Source: Takakia lepidozioides
Taxonomy: Eukaryota; Plantae; Bryophyta
DNA length: 64,000 nucleotides
Direction: 5' to 3'
NCBI GenBank assembly: GCA_030704615.1
Contig: CM060731.1
Span: 67,766,001 to 67,830,000 of the forward strand
The position numbers were made by a program, and so were the translations under genes. A model generated the notes under the pieces. It saw only the letters and a program-made list of their open reading frames with translations, made no database searches and was not told where the DNA came from. Shown in pieces: positions 23,701-33,091 of this stretch (positions are counted from its first letter, which is position 1; each line of letters begins with the position of its first letter).

Positions 23701-24464
23701 TTGGGGTGTCAAGAATCAGGCCAGTGCAAGAAGTTGTATTACATAATGGAGGATGGAACAGTGGAACAGACAGAGAGACATCAGGCGCTTGGGTAAGCCA
23801 TTAGAAAAGCTTTGTTTGGTACTGTTTCTATCACAAAACATTTCAAATGAGGCATACATAGGAGACTCACAGACTGATTCAGTTTAGCAGGGGCCCCTAT
23901 GGTCAAATTTAGTCACGAACTTATGCGTAGATGTAGTTAAAGCATCACCATTCCTAACACATGGAAATATCATCCCTGCAGGCAAGAGACCAGCTAGTTT
24001 TGGACGGACCCACTGAGGAACAGCGGGAACTGACAGGCCGCTCAGGTGAGGCATTGGTGTTCCAGTATCTTTCTGGAAAACATGGGCCAACACATGTTAA
24101 GTGGGTGAACCAAGATGGAGAAACCGGGGCAGCCTTTGATATGATAGTTACGATGGAGACCGGGCAGCAGGAGTTTGTGGAGGTGAAAACAACACGATCT
24201 CAGGACAAGGATTGGTTTGAGATATCGCCTCGCGAGTGGGACTTTGCGCAAATTCACGGTGATTTATATACCATCATTCGTGTGTTCTTGACAGGTCCTG
24301 GACAGCCTATGCGTATTCTGCGCATCCCAAATCCCGTGAGGCTTTGTCAAGAACGGGTCCTTCAACTTGCACTGCTTCTACCATCTAACAACTCTGTGGG
24401 TAACGACTCTGCCAAGGATATGCAACTGACGTCATTTTCAGTGAACTTGCAAGGTGCTGTCTAG
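7483..24464 (+). CDS. NOV: Protein NO VEIN (sacsin-like GHKL ATPase + C-terminal DUF3883), 14 coding exons, ~2884 aa
   Basis: Manual exon model: 7483-8217, 11881-12218, 12388-12889, 14041-14160, 14377-14551, 14866-16643 (alternative acceptor 14839), 16862-17074, 17270-19639, 19882-19994, 20489-20912, 21151-21492, 21707-21967, 22992-23792, 23982-24464. All introns are GT-AG with consistent phases; total 8655 nt. NOV motifs span junctions: EGK|VNAFIH, LYSQDSHFVLEL|VQNADDN, GYIGHKGIGFKSVFR|VTDSPEIHSNGFH. C-terminus has GRSGE..FD..VEVKTT..FEISPREW. Confidence 0.93.
8698..8747. repeat. (GA)n microsatellite at the LINE 3' junction
   Basis: Direct read. Confidence 0.9.
8748..11791 (-). mobile_element. 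RTE/RTEX-like LINE, uninterrupted APE endonuclease + reverse transcriptase frame, antisense in NOV intron 1
   Basis: EN motifs QETW, VYMP, LGDFNA, IVDY, SDH. RT motifs NYRGITLL, QAGFR, LDVKKAYDTV, GVAQGCTLSPLLF, FADD, YLGV. Post-RT VRGEFG. About 1010 codons without a stop. Clade assignment is by eye. Confidence 0.93.
11792..11818. repeat. (GA)n microsatellite at the LINE 5' junction
   Basis: Direct read. Confidence 0.9.
11881..12218 (+). CDS. NOV: NOV exon 2
   Basis: VNAFIH..RITTAYDL..LGLGPL..HYF..VRVQSLG; cag acceptor, gtactg donor. Confidence 0.85.
12388..12889 (+). CDS. NOV: NOV exon 3
   Basis: LHIG..CPYPSAAEE..; phase-consistent splice sites. Confidence 0.8.
13210..13870 (+). mobile_element. 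3' fragment of the same RTE/RTEX-like LINE family (C-terminal Cys motif + reiterated 3' UTR module) in NOV intron 3
   Basis: TRLRFKLGAGSLPL..CPMC..FRTIKNIVPAPLFTNF..GSNCWAAHTQQIDA matches the minus-strand copy at 63.45-63.75 kb. Motif ggggtc-atgg-cacaagg-ta occurs three times (~13629, ~13750, ~13822). Confidence 0.8.
14041..14160 (+). CDS. NOV: NOV exon 4
   Basis: VLEYLL..FKEYPAIGLLYAA in a frame not listed in the ORF track; AG/GT boundaries, 120 nt. Confidence 0.75.
14377..14551 (+). CDS. NOV: NOV exon 5
   Basis: VMSVKVGHWDSLYDAFQ; tgcag acceptor, gtagtt donor. Confidence 0.8.
14866..16643 (+). CDS. NOV: NOV exon 6
   Basis: APMLVDLTLWSQW..IRRDEFG..RALHRLSRDLYSQDSHFVLEL; 5' acceptor could also be 14839. 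Confidence 0.85.
16862..17074 (+). CDS. NOV: NOV exon 7 (GHKL ATPase core)
   Basis: VQNADDN..NNEKGF..ALCDVGNSTK..GYIGHKGIGFKSVFR. Confidence 0.9.
17270..19639 (+). CDS. NOV: NOV exon 8
   Basis: VTDSPEIHSNGFH..HPSLLLFLHRL..VFAFLPLRAYGLRFIVQGDFILPSSREDVD..WNQWL. Confidence 0.9.
19882..19994 (+). CDS. NOV: NOV exon 9
   Basis: MQSTGLMTALGLRTEVRVDDALVLLRHW; phase-2 donor gtaatc matches the next acceptor. Confidence 0.75.
20489..20912 (+). CDS. NOV: NOV exon 10
   Basis: QMAQFY..SIFVP..VCWSDPTG..YPELQDFFV. Confidence 0.85.
21151..21492 (+). CDS. NOV: NOV exon 11
   Basis: VLPTVQNNWVSL..CDD..LGIPLLSQ. Confidence 0.85.
21707..21967 (+). CDS. NOV: NOV exon 12
   Basis: VVEREVITHG..WALPYAQRY..CVLQ. 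Confidence 0.85.
22055..22685 (+). mobile_element. Internal fragment of the same RTE/RTEX-like LINE family in NOV intron 12
   Basis: WGDEEIPVL..YLGVEFSSNSNWDAH..KFFHCRG..TANVAVRGEFGIP..SWKQDRP is highly similar to the 8.8-9.5 kb part of the intron-1 copy, with frameshifts. Confidence 0.9.
22705..22935 (+). repeat. Retroposon-like 3' end modules: hairpin + (CATTT)n tail, reiterated
   Basis: atgacag-aggggaga-ctgtcat hairpin + aaagcac occurs twice at a 40-nt period, then catttcattcatttcattttcat. A third partial copy gttatgaagtac(cattt)n at ~22905-22935. Confidence 0.5.
22992..23792 (+). CDS. NOV: NOV exon 13
   Basis: ELSRFFF..LQLANFLHLIT..WPPRTW; donor gtaagc. Confidence 0.8.
23982..24464 (+). 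CDS. NOV: NOV exon 14 (DUF3883 / NOV_C)
   Basis: TGRSGEALVF..WVNQDGETGAAFD..FVEVKTT..KDWFEISPREWDFA; stop TAG at 24462-24464. Confidence 0.9.
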   Translation, partial: ARDQLVLDGPTEEQRELTGRSGEALVFQYLSGKHGPTHVKWVNQDGETGAAFDMIVTMETGQQEFVEVKTTRSQDKDWFEISPREWDFAQIHGDLYTIIRVFLTGPGQPMRILRIPNPVRLCQERVLQLALLLPSNNSVGNDSAKDMQLTSFSVNLQGAV

Positions 24465-25029
24465 GTACAGAGAGTTCGAATTTTGTTCAAGGGTGAGCTG
24501 GACATTGCACTCCCTGCCCTCCTTTTTACCAGTCCCCAATCCCCCAACAGCGGGGTCCAGAGTAAATTCAGATTCACTGTGTATCTGGAGTGTGCCTCAT
24601 GGCAGGACAGCTTCAAAGGCTGACTCGGCATATTTTAAATTTAAAACTTTGAGCCGATTCTGTGGGACGGAGGTTGTCTTAACAAATTACTGCACACAAT
24701 TTCTTACTCATTCTTGAATTAGAATCCCTGCCCGAAACTGACAGGGATCAAACCATTTAGGTAGTGGGTAGGTCATGGACAAATGTTGAGAAATAATGTG
24801 CTGTATCTTGTCAAGAACCTCAAATCTCGAAGCAGAATGTTTGAAAATCTTTCAGTGGTAAGGAATTAAACAATTGTAATTTTTCTGGAATCATCCATCT
24901 ACACTTAGATACTTATGTGATTCCTTCAGAGGAAGGCTTGTACCTCAAACCCGTCATGTCTCTTCCTGCTTGCTTTTTTGGCAATCATCTGGAGTGTGTT
25001 TAGGTCTTTATTCTTCTTGAACATATTTC

Positions 25030-25790
25030 TGTTTTTCTTATGGTTCAAGTCAAATGCAGGCTAGACCCTACATACTCGCCTATCCCAGTTTCCACTATAC
25101 ATCTCTCATTGAGGTCAGGTTTTTAAGCATATCTCAGCAAAACTGTCTGCTCTAATCTGTGTGCTCTCGGAAAGGACTGGTCTCTGCAGTACACTCGAAG
25201 TGCTATGCAACCCTTTCATTGCAGGATTGGAAACTCTCTTAGATACACAAGCACCATCTTCCAAGAAAATGACTGGGCAAATTTTTTCGTACATTCTGGA
25301 AAAGGCTTTCTTTCTCCACCCAGGAGTGATTACAAGAGACAAGACTGGATCGCATCTTTGGCAAGCCGAAGTTGGCAAAAAGTACACTTTGAACCAACAT
25401 CCCCATGCATCCAGCGCCACCAAGGCCTTCCTAACCTGCAGACATGCAGGTTATTCGAAATGCAAGAGAGATGTTCTTCATATGCTGCTTCTTGCTTTGT
25501 TTGGACAGTATCAAGCCTCTAACAGCCTCTTGTGTGACAGCGAGTGGTGAGGTTTTCGCACTAGATTTGTACAAAAGTAGGTATATGGTGCAACATCCAA
25601 TTATATGCAGTCTGGATGTCTCAGTGGCAACCATCCCCCATCGACAATGCGCATCCTCACTCTGCACTTCCTGCAAATCTGCTCTAACCTTCTCATCCAA
25701 AGCCTCTCAATCAAGCAACGCTATTGGTGCATCCTCAGTAGGTTGAGGCATTTTCAAATGAAGATTCAATCCACAACTCCTGTACAAGTA
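25030..25790 (-). pseudogene. Possible heavily decayed hAT (DUF659-type) transposase remnant
   Basis: Weak fragments in shifting frames (LQVRKALVALDAW, WFKVYFL, EFPILQ..IALRV) recall hAT transposases; many stops. Confidence 0.3.
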
Positions 25791-25938
25791 CTTAGCCCCT
25801 CATAACAAAACTTGGACAGAAGGAGACAGCCTCAATGAGCTCCCACTCCATACATTCATGATTCCTTAGCCCCTCATAACAAATCTTGGACAGAAGGAGA
25901 CAGCCTCAACGAGCTCCCACTCCATACATTCGTGATTC
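25791..25938. repeat. 74-bp tandem duplication (2 copies)
   Basis: cttagcccctcataacaaa...ccatacattc-tgattc at 25791 and 25865, about 3 mismatches. Confidence 0.9.
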
Positions 25939-26378
25939 CGCACACCAGCATACACAGAAAGATAGTGTCTAAGTATGAGTACACCAAATTATTAAAAATG
26001 AGCCTAGAAACAACAGCTACATTGCTTCATTGCCCTCTTTACAAATTGTCTGCCATTGTCAAGGAGACCACTCATCAAGGTTCAGGAAACATCTCTACCC
26101 ACCTACCCCTTCACTCTTCCTCTTTATTGAGTTCACATTTATTGCTGGAAGAATGCTCCCAGAGTAGCACTAGACCACTGCCATGCAGCCTTCTGATATT
26201 TATGAGAAACCCCTTCGATTCTTTTGATGTGTGAGATGAGAGACAGGAAACAGGAGTTGAAGGGATCAGAGCCTCAAGAAAGGTAGGTGGGGAGGGAAGA
26301 TGGGGGATCTCAACGAAAGCATCTATGATACAAGACTAGAGCTAGTGAGAGAGTAGAACAAGAAGAGACTAAAATCAA

Positions 26379-29300
26379 TCAGCAGCCCCAAGCTGATGCA
26401 GCCAGGAGAGCTCTGCCTTGCCATCCCAGCAGAAGCCCTCCCTGGTCTCTCACAATCTGGTAACCACGCCGCATTGAGATTTGACTAACAAGCTTTTCAG
26501 CCTGGAAGGCCGCTGCCTCACTGAGAGGGCGAGGATGAAATCCAGCTGACCGCATTCGGAAATGCCACTGCTCCAGCCTCTCATGTCTCTCCACCCTTGC
26601 GGACCCCTCACAAGCAACAATGTTAGAAATCTCTGGAGCAAGCAAATAGCTCTCAATATCGGCATTCTCGCAGGAGTCACCGCCAGCTTCATTTGAGCTT
26701 GTGAGAGAGTCAAAGATGAAAGTGTAGTATTGCAATGCCTCAGAGAACCGCCGTTGGAAAAAGGGGCCATTGTGGTTTGCTTCTTGCTCCACGATTGCAA
26801 CCACTTTTGCTCGAGTTTCCCGCACAGTTTTGAGGACAGTTGTCAAACCAGTTGAGACATTTTCATCCAGCAGCTTGTGAAGGCTAAACACAAAATTCAC
26901 TGCAACTGCCTCTGTCTCTCTCAATCCCAGCATGGAGACATCCAAGCACTCAGGTCTGGTGACCACTGCTTGAAACTCCAGAGAAATATTGAGGCTCCGT
27001 GCGAACACGGCGAGGTTTTCTCCAGTGGCACGCATTTCGTCGGAGAGAGTGCCAACGGCAGTCAATCGCAACCTAGGGGTAGCCCTTCCAGAGGCCCTCA
27101 AACAAGCAATGTCTTGAATGAACGGGGCCCATTGGGCACCAGCACCCATCTGGAAATCAATTACGTGGATATAACTCTCTCCCTCCAAAGCTTCCAAAAT
27201 TGCCTGGTTGGCGGTAAAATGTGCAAACTTGGGGAGTGGAGAAACCTCACAGAAACGAATGTAGGCATTAATCTTCTGAAACACTTCCAGGGGTGGAAGA
27301 GTTACATCACGCGAAAATTGTGCCGTAAAGTTGTTTGCTCCCATGATCCGAGTTTCCAGAGCTTTCTTGAAATAGTGAGCTACCCGATGGATAGACTTGC
27401 CTCTGTTTGGGGAGACGTGCTGATTGAGCCGCGCCAATATCGCTTGTGCCACATCTGTGTTCCCTACTTCCACTGCCTCAGCGGCCCTAAGGAGAATGTT
27501 CACCAATGTCAACCCGTCCTCAGGAATCACACCCCTCTCCTGCTGGCCTGTGTCAGTTTTTCCTGTGCCCTCCCTGCCTTGCGATCCTTGAAACAGACCT
27601 TGCTGCAGCTGCTGTGGGTTCTTCAGAGAAAATCCAGGGACTAGAGAGAGAGGAGAAGGGGGCCCTGCTATTTGAACCTTGGGCGTGTCCATTCTGTAGC
27701 CCCAGTCTCCAGCAGGCTTTTGGCTTTGGGACTGAAAGAAGTGCCTTTGAGGCTGACTACCTGGGTTCCATGATTTTTGTCTCTGCAGCAAAAATTCCCG
27801 CTGGACTAGTGCAGGGGGCTTGTTTTGATGACCCCCGACTTGATGTTCCGCAGAGGGGAGCGAGGAGCACGACCTTTGAAGTATGCTCCTATGTTGGCTG
27901 ATTTCCTTGGCATCTTCATAGAAACCTGTGTGTGCAAGGGATGGCGGGTTTGAGAGAAAAACCTGCTGCACTTGCTGCTGAGTTCCTGAGGATACCATTG
28001 CCGGCCCCATGGCCATGGAATACTCGTCCATGACCAAACTCGCTGGATGCATCTGGAAGTCCGCTTGAGGAGGTTGAGAGGCCGAGTCACACCCCTGAGA
28101 AGTGGGATTTCCAGATAAAAACATCGACGGCCCTGTGTAATAGCAGTCATTGCGTGCTGAAGCAACAGGAGAAGCACCAAAGGGAGCAAGGAATGAGCTT
28201 GGCGCAGAGAAGGGGTGCCCACTTGGGCCACAAGTATCCATTGTGGTGGTACCAGCCTGGACCTCAGGGACGCATGGCATGCTTGCAGGTTGATCTGCAG
28301 TCAGAGAGATTTCCCGCATGTGCGAGGGAAGAGAGAGAGCACGGTTGAGTGATGGGAACGTAGGCTGAGGTATGAAGTTCGGTGCAGAGAGAGTCAGAGA
28401 TGAAGAGGGAGTGAGAGAAGAGAAAGGAGAGGAAGGAGAGAAGGCGTCACCACTGGCTTGTCCATGCGAGAGCTGTCCACTGAGGCAGACTTGGCTATGG
28501 CTGCCTGAGCCAGATTGATGCTCATTTGAGCTCCACGAATCCTGCTCAAACATAACTGCATCCATGTCTCCTCCCTTGAGTCTCTGGGAGGCTTGCTGTT
28601 CGCCCAACAGCCACTTCATCAGGGACTGATCGGGTGCAGGTGACATCAACAACATGCTTTCCAGGTCTTCCATGTTCCCATATCCCGGGCCCCTGTCACT
28701 CTGCCTAGGGGCTCCAAACTCCGAAGCGTTAAGCAAATTGTTGTCCTGAGTGGACTGCGACACAGCGTTGGGAGCCAGGCAGTCCGCCAGCCACTCGTCA
28801 TCAAAGCTTCGGAGCTGGTTGCCGCTGTTTGTCTCAGAAATGCTCCCCCCGCCACCATCACAGCTCCCGGTGGTGATTGAAGCGCTTCTGTCGATAGCCT
28901 CCCCGCTTTGGTTATCTCTGTTGGTGAACCCTTGCTTTGCGTACAAGTGCGAGAGAGGATGACTCAATCCTCGTCTCTCAACCATTCCGTCGCCCATTTG
29001 GAAGGAAATGAAGGAGCCGATCTCAGGCCCTACACTGTCGGGATTGGTAATACCTGCCTGCTTGTCCCAAAGCGCTCCATCAGATCCTTCCCGGCTCGTA
29101 TTTCCATAATGAGACAAATGCATCCCTTCACTGAAACGCACTGGTATAGGGAAACTCTGAGCAGCTCCATCCCGTCCTCGTCCCTTCCCGAGATTGAATT
29201 CATTGCCCCTCCCTAATGCGTCATAGACATTGCTCCTGTCTAGGCCCCCAGTGCTACCTCCATCTCCCCCACCATATCCTCTCCTTCGCAGTTCGTGCAC

Positions 29301-29753
29301 ACCGGCCATTGCCAGACTTCCATTCCTTCCGTGAATGGATGCTGCACTCCCGTGCGACGCCACCCCGTGGTTCGCCAGTCCTTCACTCGCAAAACCTGCT
29401 TGTTTGTCACGAACAGACCCCAGTTGCAGTGGGGACTGGTTCAACTTTGTGTCCAGCACAGAGCCTCCCAAGCGTAGAGTATCAGCCAGTTTTCTCTCAT
29501 CAAAGAGAGACGAGACGGTGCCCCCGTCGCCGCCGCTTTGGAGAGATGACAATGAGCTCGAAGTGGGGCTGGGGCTCCGAAGATCCAGAACAGAGGTTGG
29601 CTCCAGAAGCGCTTGACAACCACTTCCATCCAACGGTTTGCATAGCCTGTTGCTGGAGGTCTCCAGCCGGTGGGCCTCCAAATTGCTACCCAGAGTGGGC
29701 TGACAGTTGAACGCTGGCAGCTGCCCCGAAGGTCTGCCTAGCATCTCTATCAT
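26379..29753 (-). CDS. HAM: GRAS transcription factor, HAM/SCL6 (LOM) clade, ~1124 aa, intronless CDS
   Basis: GRAS domain: LLRAAEAVE, ILARLN, FAHFTANQAILEA, IHVIDF, LRLTAV, FFQRRFSEAL, RVERHE, ASAW. HAM-type N-terminal EPTSVLD..SPSP and DQSLMKWLLGE. miR171 site present. First in-frame ATG at 29753. Confidence 0.93.
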   Translation of the reverse strand: MIEMLGRPSGQLPAFNCQPTLGSNLEAHRLETSSNRLCKPLDGSGCQALLEPTSVLDLRSPSPTSSSLSSLQSGGDGGTVSSLFDERKLADTLRLGGSVLDTKLNQSPLQLGSVRDKQAGFASEGLANHGVASHGSAASIHGRNGSLAMAGVHELRRRGYGGGDGGSTGGLDRSNVYDALGRGNEFNLGKGRGRDGAAQSFPIPVRFSEGMHLSHYGNTSREGSDGALWDKQAGITNPDSVGPEIGSFISFQMGDGMVERRGLSHPLSHLYAKQGFTNRDNQSGEAIDRSASITTGSCDGGGGSISETNSGNQLRSFDDEWLADCLAPNAVSQSTQDNNLLNASEFGAPRQSDRGPGYGNMEDLESMLLMSPAPDQSLMKWLLGEQQASQRLKGGDMDAVMFEQDSWSSNEHQSGSGSHSQVCLSGQLSHGQASGDAFSPSSPFSSLTPSSSLTLSAPNFIPQPTFPSLNRALSLPSHMREISLTADQPASMPCVPEVQAGTTTMDTCGPSGHPFSAPSSFLAPFGASPVASARNDCYYTGPSMFLSGNPTSQGCDSASQPPQADFQMHPASLVMDEYSMAMGPAMVSSGTQQQVQQVFLSNPPSLAHTGFYEDAKEISQHRSILQRSCSSLPSAEHQVGGHQNKPPALVQREFLLQRQKSWNPGSQPQRHFFQSQSQKPAGDWGYRMDTPKVQIAGPPSPLSLVPGFSLKNPQQLQQGLFQGSQGREGTGKTDTGQQERGVIPEDGLTLVNILLRAAEAVEVGNTDVAQAILARLNQHVSPNRGKSIHRVAHYFKKALETRIMGANNFTAQFSRDVTLPPLEVFQKINAYIRFCEVSPLPKFAHFTANQAILEALEGESYIHVIDFQMGAGAQWAPFIQDIACLRASGRATPRLRLTAVGTLSDEMRATGENLAVFARSLNISLEFQAVVTRPECLDVSMLGLRETEAVAVNFVFSLHKLLDENVSTGLTTVLKTVRETRAKVVAIVEQEANHNGPFFQRRFSEALQYYTFIFDSLTSSNEAGGDSCENADIESYLLAPEISNIVACEGSARVERHERLEQWHFRMRSAGFHPRPLSEAAAFQAEKLVSQISMRRGYQIVRDQGGLLLGWQGRALLAASAWGC
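27421..27441 (-). promoter_or_regulatory. miR171 target site in the HAM mRNA
   Basis: + strand reads tgattgagccgcgccaatatc, identical to canonical miR171, so the mRNA is perfectly complementary. Encodes ILARLN. Confidence 0.95.
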
Positions 29754-29765
29754 TTGCCAAAGGTT

Positions 29766-30044
29766 CTGTTTTGTGTTACGAAGACACAGATAAGAGAAAG
29801 AAAGCCGGAAGGACACTGTGAGACACGGGCCAGAGGGAGGATACTTGCAAGTGCAGCTTAAGATGCAGATTCCTCACATAATAATAAGCACAGAACGGGA
29901 AATTTTGATACTGCACCCGAAGCGCTACTAGAGCAACTTCTCCAGGCTTGGGTTCAGATGAACGATCCCAGTCTCTCGCACTTAGTTTACAGTACGATGC
30001 CTGCATGCCTTTCCATAACAGGAATTGAGGACAACCGCACCTAC
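29766..30044 (-). other. Probable 5' UTR intron of the GRAS gene
   Basis: Minus-strand donor gag|GTAGGT at 30044. Pyrimidine tract + aaaaCAG acceptor ends at 29766, 12 nt before the ATG. Confidence 0.45.
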
Positions 30045-30166
30045 CTCTCTCTCAACTTACAAACTACAGCACTGATGCGATTATTCATCAGTGCAACACT
30101 ACCCGAAAAACAGCCGACACTCCAACCTCCTACACTACATCTGCAATAACCTTCACGCCCTCACCC

Positions 30167-30201
30167 CTCTCTCTCTCTCTCTCTCTCCCCCTCTCTCTCT
30201 C
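30167..30201. repeat. (CT)n microsatellite in the GRAS 5' region
   Basis: Direct read. Confidence 0.85.
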
Positions 30202-33091
30202 CACCCAATTCTCCGCTACAACTGACCTCTCATTAGCTTGCAGACTCTCATCGCCTAGCTGTTGAAAAGTTGAAGTAAGCTGCTTGCTGACCAGGCGATG
30301 ATGTCTTGCCTCACAACGAGCACTCGAACAACTGCGAGTCACTGAGCTGACAACGAGCTGGCTGAAGACGACTGCAGCCGCTTCTGAAGTAAGCCAAAGG
30401 TCTCACTCGGCCGCCTTCCTCGTAAGCGGGGCTATTCTAGTGCAACCCGAGAAACCCACACGGAGGGGGGGAAGAACAGAAACACTGTAACAGGCCTAGC
30501 TATGCTTGCTGAGCAAGAGAAAGCGGAAGAAAGAAGCAACTTGAGAGATCTAACTGATCAACCTCCAACAGGGCTCCTAGAACTGCAGGCGAGAGGTCGT
30601 GGTGTGGAGAGAAAAAAGCGTGTAGGCGGGGCGTAGCAGAGCGAAAGAGAAGACGGTGGGGCAGCGAAGGTTGCTTTGGAGCAGGCATAGCGCGCGATGG
30701 CCCCCACCATCGCTCTGACGACGCCGTGCTCGCAGCGCAGCGCAGAGTTGGTGGGGCGGGCACGCCTCCGCCCGTCCCTTTCCTGGGGGCCCTCCAGCCT
30801 TCGCGGACCGCCAGTCTGCGCCGTCCGATCACCACCGATCCGCCAAAATCGCGAATGCGGCCAAAATAAGAAAATAAAGCGTATTGACTTCATGTGCACG
30901 ACCGTATGTCGGCCCGCACCGCAAGCGTATTACCCTACGGTAACGTACAATACAGAGCCGTCGGCCACAGTGACGGCGGTGGCAGACTGTGCGCTGGCGC
31001 GCTCCGACAACGCGCCATCTCCGCCAACCGGCGACCACCGGTGGCGGCGACCCGCAACCGGGCTCGCCGGTGGCCGGCCACCGGCTGGGGGGACGGAAAC
31101 GGGCAACGGGTGCGCGGAGGCGCAGTCGTGGCATCGTGACTGGCAACCTGCCGCAGCCGGTCATCGCGCCAATCGGAGCGCTCTTACAGCTCCGCACGTG
31201 CGGTCTCCACTCGTGCGGCCACGTCGTTGGGTCCGGCCATCTAATCTCAGCCGCCCGTTGATCGGCCAGCTTTTTATATTTGGAAATGAATGCGAGAGGG
31301 AGAGAGAGAGACGATAATTAGGGCTAAGAGCAGCTGCGATGATGATGGTGATGATGATGGTGTTCATAACGAGAGAGTCGCAACACCTGCGAGCTTTCCG
31401 TGCGCATTAAGAGCGGCCATCAATCATCATGTGATATTTCGATACCTTCGGTTGGAGGTATGATGATTCTTAGTTCAATTCCGACAAGCGGTGGATGATG
31501 AGGAATAGTGAGTGATGATTCTCTCACCCGTTTGATGATTTAGTCACTAGTGTGTTCGATTTGGAGGTGGAGTTGCGGGGGGGATGAATCGATGATGGGG
31601 GGGGTTGGGCTGACAGTCCTATATTCTCGTGGAATTCTTGGTACGGTCGTGGAAGCGCTTGATTGAGTTTCAGTTCCAGTAATGTTGTGGTGGTGGCGTT
31701 TTCTGCTTGTCCGGTTTAGATGGGGTCAAACGGGGGTGCGTCGAGGGGCAATGTATGCGGCAGAGACAGGGGCCTTCATTTGGGTCAAGGGGGGCCGTCA
31801 AGGCAGTCAAGGGTAGCAAAACTAGCAGCAGGGCTGCATAAAGGCTTGGTCTATTTTAGAGAGGGGAAACAGGGTGATTGTCTGGTGTCCAGTGGAGCAG
31901 GCATCATGACACACAAGTGCTTTGCTCTGTTGTCTGACAAAGTCTCTCGAGGGTTGTTCACACTTGACACGCAGAGTGCAGCTGCAGCTCACGGGTGGCA
32001 AGTGCAGCTGCCCTTGGCGGCCGCCTCGTATTCGGACAGAGGCCAGTTTGCACATAAATTTTTAGTAGCGTCTCTCTCTCCCACAAGAGAGAGACGCTAT
32101 CGTTGCCATGGGCCCAAAGTCAGGCGGGAAAATAATGCACTTTTTTCCTCTGCAGCTTCACAGCAGAAATCTGGCACACGCCTTCTGTATAGTTGCTTTT
32201 GGGGCAGAGCAGTGGCCACACTAGCTATAGATTCTTCATTGGCTTCTCCTTGTAGGAGGAGCCGGCTGCGATCCTGTTGTACCTTCTCCAAGTAACACCT
32301 TTTTAAATGTATAATAAAGCTCTGAACCGTGACCATGTATTTTCATACTATTTCGGAAAGGTGGCGCAGTAAGTGGCAAGTGCATAATGCTATGACTTTT
32401 TAAGTTTATTATAATCTGATCAGGAGGACATTGTGTACGTAACTAGCTGTTTGTGCTTTACTTCTGCAGGCACACTGCAGAACTGGGCAAGTCCTTCAAC
32501 ATCACCCATATCCCAACTGCCTTCATTTTGGAAACTTGTCCAAAACACGTCCAAGAAGCCTGACTGTCAAAGAGTCCTGCGAATGACACTCACGACAGAG
32601 GATATTATCTTGAGAAACCCAGTATTCTTACGGTCCTCAATCATTCTTGGTTATTTGTACTTGAAGTTTTGCCTCCTCTGATTACACAGAACTTGCACCC
32701 GCAGCACTGATATTGAACGCGTCAGAGCTTTACACAAACGCAGCCTTTAATCTGCATGTGTGAAAGATTCTACAGACCCTGACCCCGCAAGCTCTTGTAC
32801 TGCATAACCCAGCACAAAAAAATGTATCATCTGGCCAGGCTGAGAACTCATCAATATCAACCTGTTCAAAACGGTTATGGAACTAGTACCTCGTCTTGGT
32901 CACCCAAAAAATAATCAAAAGAAAGGAAAGGGATGCTAGGCTTGGATTAGCTAGCGCTACGTAAATCCAGTCCATCATTCACTGCGTAACCCACAACCAC
33001 TCTAAGTGGGCCCTGGTCCAGAAACCACATGGCCCTGGTCCCCCAATGAGCCCTCGTGCCCCTTACCCCTGATCCCCCTCCAGGTCCTAAC

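Noticed and set aside
26450-29710. ORFs antisense or out-of-frame to GRAS (likewise within NOV and the LINEs)
   Set aside because: Shadow ORFs of real coding sequence.
29754-29816. N-terminal extension of the GRAS ORF in the track
   Set aside because: Non-ATG start lying mostly in the probable 5' UTR intron; the first ATG is 29753.
29776-30006. 76-aa uORF upstream of HAM
   Set aside because: Falls entirely within the predicted 5' UTR intron.
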